The translations under genes were made by a program, and so were the position numbers. DNA of 64,000 bases, from contig JBAZNP010000001.1 in assembly GCA_041649155.1 (NCBI GenBank), positions 67,581 through 131,580 on the forward strand, read 5' to 3'. Of this stretch, positions 56,850 through 64,000 are shown one piece after another; the stretch's first letter is position 1; each line of letters begins with the position of its first letter. A model generated the notes under the pieces. The model was not told the origin of the DNA and ran no database searches. It saw nothing but the letters and a program-made list of their open reading frames with translations. The stretch is from Patescibacteria group bacterium. Its GTDB lineage: Bacteria > Patescibacteriota > UBA1384 > XYA2-FULL-43-10 > 1-14-0-10-43-13.

Positions 56850-58007
56850 TTATTTAACTAAATCAAAAGCGATATCCAAATATTCTTTTGAAACTTTCGG
56901 CCATAAAATATTTTTTCCTAAAATTTCACTTGCTCTTTTTTTACTTTTATAATCTTTGTCATCAGCAAGCAAATCAAGAACCGCTTTTGCTATAGCATTT
57001 GGATTCTTAACAGGTACTATGGAACCAGCTTTTTTCAAAAATTCTTTAGCATGAATTGTTGGTGTTGATATGACAACACTTCCGGCAGAAAGAGCATATG
57101 CGAGTGTGCCGCTACTATGTAATCCTAAGTTTCTCTGAGCCGTAATATAAATGTCCGATATTTGAAGATATTTTCCAATATCTTCCTGTGGAATAAATTT
57201 ATTTATAAAAATTATTTTATCATCTAAATTAAGATTTAAAATTATTTTTTTAATTTTAGCAATATATCCGGTAGTTTGCTCCGCACCCGCCAACAAAAGC
57301 TTTACATTGGTATTATCTTTCTGAATTATTTTAATCGACTTAATAATTTCTTCTATCCCTTTGTCTTCCCGTAATACACCGTAAGTGAAAACAATCTTAT
57401 CTGTCTGGGAAAAACCAAGCTTTTTTCTTAAACGAACTTTTTCAATCGTAGAAATTTTCTTAAATTCAGGTGCTCCATGATAGATCTGATTTACAGCGGT
57501 CGATTTGAACTTTAAATCATCAACCAAAAAGTTTTCAGCTGCTTTTGTCATAGTAACAACTTCGATATTTCTAATTGCAAACTGCTTTAATAGCGCCTGT
57601 TTTGCTGCCAAGCCAGACTGTTCCTTTAACATTGCGACCGAATGCAAGACAACTAGAATCGGTTTTTTTACATTATCGATAAACTCTAAAATCATATTAC
57701 CGCCATCTCCGTAAATAGCGTTAATGAATTGAATTACAACTAAATCAATATTTGAGTTATTTATTAATTCGGCCGCTTTTTTGTAATCTTCTTTTTTGTC
57801 AAAAGATATCTCTGTTAGTATCTTATTCGAATACAAAACTTTTTTTTGGGGAAGCCATTTTACTCTAATTACAGACCAATCAATTGAATAATTCTTGTAT
57901 GATTTCGGAAGATTTAGGGTTAGATTTTCACAAAATGTTGAAATACCATCCGTTAGTTCCGGCCAAGTCGAAAGAAATGCAATTTTTATTTTTTTCTTAT
58001 CAAACAT
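56850..58007 (-). CDS. GT4 glycosyltransferase
   Basis: GT-B C-terminal half with the E-x7-E-like region. 385 aa. Confidence 0.7.
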   Translation of the reverse strand: MFDKKKIKIAFLSTWPELTDGISTFCENLTLNLPKSYKNYSIDWSVIRVKWLPQKKVLYSNKILTEISFDKKEDYKKAAELINNSNIDLVVIQFINAIYGDGGNMILEFIDNVKKPILVVLHSVAMLKEQSGLAAKQALLKQFAIRNIEVVTMTKAAENFLVDDLKFKSTAVNQIYHGAPEFKKISTIEKVRLRKKLGFSQTDKIVFTYGVLREDKGIEEIIKSIKIIQKDNTNVKLLLAGAEQTTGYIAKIKKIILNLNLDDKIIFINKFIPQEDIGKYLQISDIYITAQRNLGLHSSGTLAYALSAGSVVISTPTIHAKEFLKKAGSIVPVKNPNAIAKAVLDLLADDKDYKSKKRASEILGKNILWPKVSKEYLDIAFDLVK

Positions 58008-59118
58008 TTTCTATAATTTTGTTTAATTTCTCTGCCATATTTTCCCATGAATTTTCTCTTGCAGCATATTCGTAGGCTGCAAGGCCATATTTTTCTGCTT
58101 TTTCTGGGTTATTTAAGAGATCAATTATACTATTTTTCAAAGAATCGACATCGCCTTTCTTCGCAACTTTACCGAACTTATTTTCTATCGTTGATGCTTC
58201 AGGAAAAATATCAGTTACTACAACTGGTTTTTTGAAAGCATATGCGATGTTCAAAACTCCGCTTTGTGAAACCTGAGTATAGGGCAAAACAACAACATCA
58301 GCAGCCTTAAATATTGGCTCTATCTCCGATGAAGAAACATATTTTTTGATAAGCTGAATACTATCCGCCACTCCCGTTCTACCAATCATTTGGAATAATT
58401 CTTTTAATTGAGGGCTATAGTTTAGATCTGTAGAAATGTAAAGCCATGCATCTTTTACTTCTTTTCTGACGCCCTTAAATGCTTTGATCAAATATTTTAG
58501 CCCCTTGTGAGGCCTTAAAAATCCAAAAAATAAAATTACTTTTTTGTCAGCAGGAATTCCCAATTGTTTTTGTGCAGTCTTTTTATCAAATTTATGATTA
58601 TTAAATATCGTATAAGGACCATGATTAATAATCGTAATCTTGTCTTCGGGAACTTGAAAATAAAGCTGTAATTTCTCCGATTCTGCCACGGACCCTACTA
58701 TGTAGTGGTCCATACAACTATACAAAAGTTCAATGGCCGAAGGATTAATATAAAATGATTCAAAAGGCATCACGTCATGAATAGTACCGATGACTTTTAT
58801 TCCGGCTAACCTTGCTTTAGATAATAGAGCTATATAGTGCATATGATATTTGCGTGCAGTCGTAGCTACATGAAAATTAATATGCGTGATCTTTTTTTCT
58901 TCTAAAAACTTAAGTGTTTCAATAATACTTGAGGCATCATTATTTTTAATTAAAGGATAGACTTCATTAATATTTTCGCGAACTATATCATCAATCATTA
59001 CATCAGCATAAGTAATGTAAAATGGATTGACATATTTCTGAAGAGGACCGTATAGCTGAGTACCATAATGCGCCAATCCTCCTCTAGCTGAAGTAATCAT
59101 TGCCAAGTTTTTTTTCAT
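58000..59118 (-). CDS. GT4 glycosyltransferase
   Basis: Same family as the previous gene and overlaps it by 8 nt, giving an operon. Confidence 0.7.
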   Translation of the reverse strand: MKKNLAMITSARGGLAHYGTQLYGPLQKYVNPFYITYADVMIDDIVRENINEVYPLIKNNDASSIIETLKFLEEKKITHINFHVATTARKYHMHYIALLSKARLAGIKVIGTIHDVMPFESFYINPSAIELLYSCMDHYIVGSVAESEKLQLYFQVPEDKITIINHGPYTIFNNHKFDKKTAQKQLGIPADKKVILFFGFLRPHKGLKYLIKAFKGVRKEVKDAWLYISTDLNYSPQLKELFQMIGRTGVADSIQLIKKYVSSSEIEPIFKAADVVVLPYTQVSQSGVLNIAYAFKKPVVVTDIFPEASTIENKFGKVAKKGDVDSLKNSIIDLLNNPEKAEKYGLAAYEYAARENSWENMAEKLNKIIENV

Positions 59119-59193
59119 AATTCTCCTTTAAAAGGATTAATATCATAACAAACGCCAACATATCAATGGCCTTTTTTATGATTATATCAAAAG

Positions 59194-60240
59194 TTAACTT
59201 GTTTTGCCCTTAATCTCCGGAAAGACAATGTCAATAATTTCTTTAGCGACATTTCTGGGCTTTCCCTTATAAGGAAAATGATGCATGCTAATCATTGGAC
59301 TAGCGTTAATTTCAATAATAGCATATGAATCTTTCGTTTGCTCTTTTGTAATGTCTTTGGTAATAAAATCAACTCCGCCATAAGGCAACTCAGGAATAGA
59401 ATTAATCGCTTTTATTGCGATTTCTTTTACTGAGGAATGTGCGATGTCTGTGCAATCAATGCTATCTCCTCCTGTTGAAAGATTGGAATTACTTCGCAAA
59501 AATATCTGCTTACCGGAAGAAATAACACTATTTAAAGATAATCTTTGATTCTTTAAAGAACTTCTTACAACATTATCAATTTCTATTTTTAAAAGAGGCT
59601 TTTTGTAATCATGACCACCTCTCCGAGAATCACTGTTTTTTATCTCAATTAACTCTTTTACAGTGTGTTTTCCATCACCTATGACATTTGCCGGTACGCG
59701 ACAAATAATCCCGACTACATTATTTCTTGAAGCCAATATCCTGTATTCCAAACCGCCAACAAATTGTTCCTCAACAATAACTTCTCTATGCCCTCGTTTT
59801 TTACACTGTCCTACTTTTTTGAGCAGGTCAGAAGCTTTTTCAATATTAACCATCACACATTCGCCTCCATAGGTATCATTGGCAGGCTTAACGACTAAAG
59901 GCTTGGTTAACTGCTCATAAGCGTCAAGGATACTCTTCCTGTTTGAAACGCTTAGCTTGACTCCGCTAGAAACACTTAGTCCTGCTCTTTTTAAAAATAT
60001 TTTTGTTTGATGTTTGTCATTGAGTATTTTTACCGCATGAGAACTAAATCCCAAACTATTGTTATCAATTCTAAGAGTTCTTACTTTGTCATTATGACGG
60101 AGAATAAAAAAATCGCTCCCCTCAACATGCTCTGACTGAATCCCGCGATTTATCGCTTCCTCCAAAATTAGAAAGGAATTTAAACTGGGAGACGAGTTGG
60201 ACATGGCAGGCTTTAATTTAAAAAAATCATCTTTATTCAT
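59194..60240 (-). CDS. ATP-grasp domain protein
   Basis: …KPLVVKPANDTYGGECV… and …VIVEEQFVGGLEYRIL… are ATP-grasp B/C subdomain patterns. Confidence 0.5.
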   Translation of the reverse strand: MNKDDFFKLKPAMSNSSPSLNSFLILEEAINRGIQSEHVEGSDFFILRHNDKVRTLRIDNNSLGFSSHAVKILNDKHQTKIFLKRAGLSVSSGVKLSVSNRKSILDAYEQLTKPLVVKPANDTYGGECVMVNIEKASDLLKKVGQCKKRGHREVIVEEQFVGGLEYRILASRNNVVGIICRVPANVIGDGKHTVKELIEIKNSDSRRGGHDYKKPLLKIEIDNVVRSSLKNQRLSLNSVISSGKQIFLRSNSNLSTGGDSIDCTDIAHSSVKEIAIKAINSIPELPYGGVDFITKDITKEQTKDSYAIIEINASPMISMHHFPYKGKPRNVAKEIIDIVFPEIKGKTS

Positions 60241-60322
60241 ACGGTTTATTGTCCTTACGATTGATTAATATACCAAAATCAGCTATAATATTTAAAGCTT
60301 TCCTAGTAAGAGTATACAAAAA

Positions 60323-61858
60323 ATGGAAGAATTTAAAAAGGTTCAAAGAAAATTAAAACTCAATAAGAGACTAGCAAACTTCAACTATCGAGGAGAGCGA
60401 ACTTTTGTTGTACTTTCTGGCCTTAATCACAGCAATCGAAACCTCAAGTCCATTAAGGGATTGTCTTTTTATGAAGAAAGAATGCTCTTTTTCCTTTTTC
60501 TATTACGATATAAAAGAACTAAAATTATTTACATAACCTCAAAAGGTTTTAATAAAGAACTATTTGATTACTACTTGGATCTTATATCTGATAACGAAAA
60601 AGATTTTCTAGAAAAGAAAAAACGCTTAACTTGCATCGAAGTCGATGATAAAAGACCAGTAGCCCTTGCACAAAAAATGATAGACGATTCACAATCTATT
60701 GAAAAAGTGATTAATTCAATTACTGATCATAAAACTGCATTACTGCGCTGCTATAACCCAACCAATCTCGAAAGATCTTTGGCCGTTAAACTAAACGTAC
60801 CTCTTTTTGCCTCTGAAGAAAAACACGATTTTGTCGGATCAAAAAGTGGTGGGCGAAAAGTGTTTAAATTGTCAGGAGCAAATTTGATACCGGGATACAG
60901 TTACTTAAAAAATTCAGATGAATTGTTTTTAGCTATGGCTCGTTTAACAAAAAAACATCCAGAAACTAAAAAAATGATGGTTAAGATTAATTATGCCGCT
61001 TCTGGACAGGGAAACTGCATATTTAGATTAGATGATTTTATAAAAAAAACTGAGGTTATAATTACAAAAACATCAGTTGAATCTTTGTCTGAGTTGATAA
61101 GAAGAAATTTTGACAACCATGCTGATTTTGAGATTAAAGGCTTGGCTGCCGCTAAATATTTGCAAATGTTTGAATCAAAAGGGGGCATAGCTGAGTTGTT
61201 TATATCTGGCGAAACCAAATACTCGCCAAGCGTACAAATATCAATTAATGCAGAGGGGAAACCAACCGTTTTATCTACTCATGAACAGATCTTGGGAGGT
61301 CAGGACAAACAAAAATATCTTGGCTGCACTTTTCCCAGTCTAACGTCACATCGCAAACTCATTATAAAAGAGGGTAATAAAATTGCTGAATGGATGGCCA
61401 AAAAAGGAATTATTGGTAATTTTGCAATCGATTTTGTTGTGGTCCACCCTGAGGGATCAAAAAATCCCATAGTTTACCCGATTGAAATCAATCTAAGAAA
61501 AGGCGGCACAACTCATCCTTTTAGAATTGCCTTCTTCTTAACTGGAGCAAAATACAACAAAAACAGAGGTATTCTGCATTGCGGTAAAGTTCTGATCCAT
61601 TATCTATCTATGGACATAATTGAATCCGAAAAATACAAAAAGATAAAACCGATGAAATTAATAGAACTTGTTCATAATAGTAAAATTAGTTTTAATAAGA
61701 ATACCAAAAAAGGCGCTTTGGTTTATATGCCCGGAATGGTCAAAGAATTTGGAAGATTTGGGGCAATTTGCATTGGTCATAGCGATTCCGAAGCGAAGCG
61801 CATATATAATAAAATGATAAAACTAATAGAAGCTAATATTGAGCTCCTAGAAAAATAG
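60323..61858 (+). CDS. ATP-grasp-like hypothetical protein (511 aa)
   Basis: …GNFAIDFVVVHPEGSKNPIVYPIEINLRKGGTTHP… resembles the ATP-grasp C-terminal lobe. The remainder is unassigned. Confidence 0.35.
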   Translation: MEEFKKVQRKLKLNKRLANFNYRGERTFVVLSGLNHSNRNLKSIKGLSFYEERMLFFLFLLRYKRTKIIYITSKGFNKELFDYYLDLISDNEKDFLEKKKRLTCIEVDDKRPVALAQKMIDDSQSIEKVINSITDHKTALLRCYNPTNLERSLAVKLNVPLFASEEKHDFVGSKSGGRKVFKLSGANLIPGYSYLKNSDELFLAMARLTKKHPETKKMMVKINYAASGQGNCIFRLDDFIKKTEVIITKTSVESLSELIRRNFDNHADFEIKGLAAAKYLQMFESKGGIAELFISGETKYSPSVQISINAEGKPTVLSTHEQILGGQDKQKYLGCTFPSLTSHRKLIIKEGNKIAEWMAKKGIIGNFAIDFVVVHPEGSKNPIVYPIEINLRKGGTTHPFRIAFFLTGAKYNKNRGILHCGKVLIHYLSMDIIESEKYKKIKPMKLIELVHNSKISFNKNTKKGALVYMPGMVKEFGRFGAICIGHSDSEAKRIYNKMIKLIEANIELLEK

Positions 61859-61860
61859 GC

Positions 61861-62856
61861 CTAGTCCTTCTTTACGCCTTTTAAGTAATCTGCGGCCTCT
61901 TCCGGCGACATCACATTTATAATGACCTCACTACCTAGTTCAAACCCACCAAAATTTGAGACTCTTGGTATGATCTCTAAATGCCAATGGTAGGAAGCGG
62001 CATCTTCTAAAATGGTTGGAAGCGTATGAATATATAGGTTCAACGGCGGATTTTTTAGCGTCTTGTCTAATTTATAAAGCGTTTCCATCAAAGCGTCTGC
62101 CAGGTCTGCCATGCTCTTTTTTGAAGTCATTTCGAATTGGCTCTCATGCTTTTTAGGGTAGATCCAAGTTTCAAATGGAAATCTGGCAGCAAAAAATGTG
62201 ATTGCGACAAAATTTTCATTTTCATAAACAATTCTGGCTTTTTCTTTTAGTTCATGCGCTATAATATCGCAAAAAACACAATTTCCATTTATGCCAAAAT
62301 AACGATCAGCGCCATCAAGCTCTTTGCCGACAGTGTTTGCGATAACACCTGAAGCAAATATCTGAGCATGTGGATGATCTATAGAGGCACCAGCTTCCGC
62401 TCCGTGGTTATAAATCGGCATGATTGAAGCTAATTTTTCATTTTCCTTCATCCAAAGATAACGATCACGAATAACTTCAAGAAGTTCCTTGGCTATGTTC
62501 TTCGGCAATTTGTTCAATGAAAGATCATGATTTTTAATGACCACTACCTCATGATCACCGATTGATTCTTTGGCGCGATAAAACCCTTCTTCGGGATAAA
62601 AACTTCTAAGGCTTGCCTTGTTTCCTTTTTCAATAAAAGCAGGAAATTTATTTTCAATGACATAAATATTTTCAGTAGATGCTTTTTTAACTTTTTCGTT
62701 TAGAATATATTTTTCAGTACCAGCACAAAAAGGGCATTTTGTCTTGTCAGACACTTTAATGCTTTCCGGCATTACAAAATCCTGTGGCCTTTTTGCTCTC
62801 TCCGGAGCAATAACTACCCAATCACCTGTTATGATATTTTGTCTAAGTTGTGGCAC
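61861..62856 (-). CDS. galT: Galactose-1-phosphate uridylyltransferase (GalT, HIT superfamily)
   Basis: CPFCAG zinc site and HPHAQIF (HxHxQ) active site. Confidence 0.8.
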   Translation of the reverse strand: MPQLRQNIITGDWVVIAPERAKRPQDFVMPESIKVSDKTKCPFCAGTEKYILNEKVKKASTENIYVIENKFPAFIEKGNKASLRSFYPEEGFYRAKESIGDHEVVVIKNHDLSLNKLPKNIAKELLEVIRDRYLWMKENEKLASIMPIYNHGAEAGASIDHPHAQIFASGVIANTVGKELDGADRYFGINGNCVFCDIIAHELKEKARIVYENENFVAITFFAARFPFETWIYPKKHESQFEMTSKKSMADLADALMETLYKLDKTLKNPPLNLYIHTLPTILEDAASYHWHLEIIPRVSNFGGFELGSEVIINVMSPEEAADYLKGVKKD

Positions 62857-62896
62857 GAACCCTCCTTTTTGTCGGGAATTTTTAATTTAAAATTAA

Positions 62897-63391
62897 CTAT
62901 TTCTCAATCCACTTTGCTGTTTGGGCATGCGTAATTGCAATGGCCAGCGCATCTGCGGCATCATCCGGCTTTGGACACTCTTTCAGTGAACAGGTCATGC
63001 GAACCATTTCCTGCATTTGTTTTTTGTCGGCTCTGCCATAACCAGTCAGCGCTTGTTTTACCTGCAGCGGAGTGTATTCGTAAACTTCTAAACCATTAGA
63101 CATCGCTGCAATAATAGCGACACCTCTTGCCTGAGCCACGCTCATCACTGTTTTCTGATTTTTAAAGAAAAATAAATCTTCAATTGCTATACAATCAGGT
63201 TTATTTTTTTTAATTATATCACACAAAGAATTGTAAATTATCAAAAGCCGGTCCGGCAGCGGAGAATTGGCCAGAGTTCGGACGCAACCATATTTTAAAG
63301 GCTTGATTTTGCCTTTGGAGTCCTTTTCGATCAGTCCCCAACCAAGAATTCCAGTTCCAGGATCAATACCTAGAATTTTTATGTTTTTCAT
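62897..63391 (-). CDS. ruvC: Crossover junction endodeoxyribonuclease RuvC
   Basis: ILGIDPGTGILGWGLIE start plus distal acidic residues. 164 aa. Confidence 0.9.
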   Translation of the reverse strand: MKNIKILGIDPGTGILGWGLIEKDSKGKIKPLKYGCVRTLANSPLPDRLLIIYNSLCDIIKKNKPDCIAIEDLFFFKNQKTVMSVAQARGVAIIAAMSNGLEVYEYTPLQVKQALTGYGRADKKQMQEMVRMTCSLKECPKPDDAADALAIAITHAQTAKWIEK

Positions 63392-63525
63392 AAGAAAAAA
63401 TTTTCACAAATGAATGGCTAATCTGTACTAATAACTAATTTACTAATATTAACCTCACCCAACCTCTCCTTCGTAAGGAGAGGGGCCATTCGTATATTGG
63501 CCATTGGTTCAAATTCGTCATCCAT

Positions 63526-64000
63526 TTATAAGTTCAAATTTGTAAAAACATTGTTGATGTCATCCAGGTCATCGATTTTATCCATCAAGCTCAAGATCGA
63601 TTTTTTCTTATCTTCCGGTAGATCTATTAAATTTTCTGCAATTTGAGTAAACTCCGCAGAATCAATTATTATACCAGCATCCTCCAAAGCTTTTTTCACC
63701 GGATGCAATGACTGAAAAGTTGTTTCAATAACATATAAATTTTCTTCTTTTTCAAAATTTTCAGCACCAGAATCAATAATTGCCAACTCCAAGTCTTCGC
63801 CCTTGAGCGAATTTTTGTCTTCCTCAATGATTAACTGGCCAATTTTTTTAAACTGAAATGCCACGCTTCCTGAAGTGGCAAGCGAACCGCTTGCTTTATT
63901 TAAAAGCGCTTTGATTTCGCCAAGAGTTCTATTTTTATTGTCGGTTAAACATTCAATCAGCATTGCAACGCCAAAAGGCGCATAGGCTTCATAGATGATT
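63526..64000 (-). CDS. yebC: YebC/PmpR family transcriptional regulator (C-terminal part; the gene continues past the window end)
   Basis: …ECLTDNKNRT…SVAFQFKKIG… is a YebC signature. The open frame runs to the window edge. Confidence 0.8.
   Translation of the reverse strand, partial: IIYEAYAPFGVAMLIECLTDNKNRTLGEIKALLNKASGSLATSGSVAFQFKKIGQLIIEEDKNSLKGEDLELAIIDSGAENFEKEENLYVIETTFQSLHPVKKALEDAGIIIDSAEFTQIAENLIDLPEDKKKSILSLMDKIDDLDDINNVFTNLNL

Overview
This 64-kb window is AT-rich (roughly 33-36% GC by eye), densely packed with mostly small genes, and consistent with a reduced-genome bacterium (possibly CPR/Patescibacteria-like; this lineage call is inference only).

Housekeeping content:
- RNA/DNA metabolism: smpB, hupA, rny with ymdB, ruvA/ruvB/ruvC, yebC, tsaB/tsaE, queA and queH.
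- Central metabolism: enolase, dPGM, malic enzyme, PGM/PMM, galT.
- Envelope: GT2/GT4/GT39 glycosyltransferases, an LCP protein and a PrsA-like PPIase.
- 11 tRNA genes in five clusters.

Accessory systems embedded in this backbone:
1. A GC-elevated islet carrying a divergent GNAT gene, an unannotated 31-codon peptide ORF, a terminator-like hairpin and a radical-SAM/SPASM enzyme with an N-terminal PqqD-like RRE. This is a candidate RiPP cluster.
2. A two-component system wrapped around a 37-aa Trp-containing peptide ORF. It is followed by a 644-aa prenyltransferase-repeat plus isoprenoid-synthase-like protein, resembling a ComQXPA-type pheromone module.
3. A defence island with a minimal CBASS (SMODS cyclase plus 2TM effector) behind a LexA-like S24 repressor. 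It also holds an MvaI/BcnI-type restriction enzyme with an m4C methylase, an HNH nuclease and remnants of a Type ISP and an HsdR-like enzyme.
4. A second GC-rich islet with a PEP-CTERM protein.
5. Several short repeat families: a TGTCATYCC-TIR MITE-like element (one copy in-frame inside queA) and cassette-flanking 60-90 bp repeats with two consensus DnaA boxes.

No CRISPR array was found.
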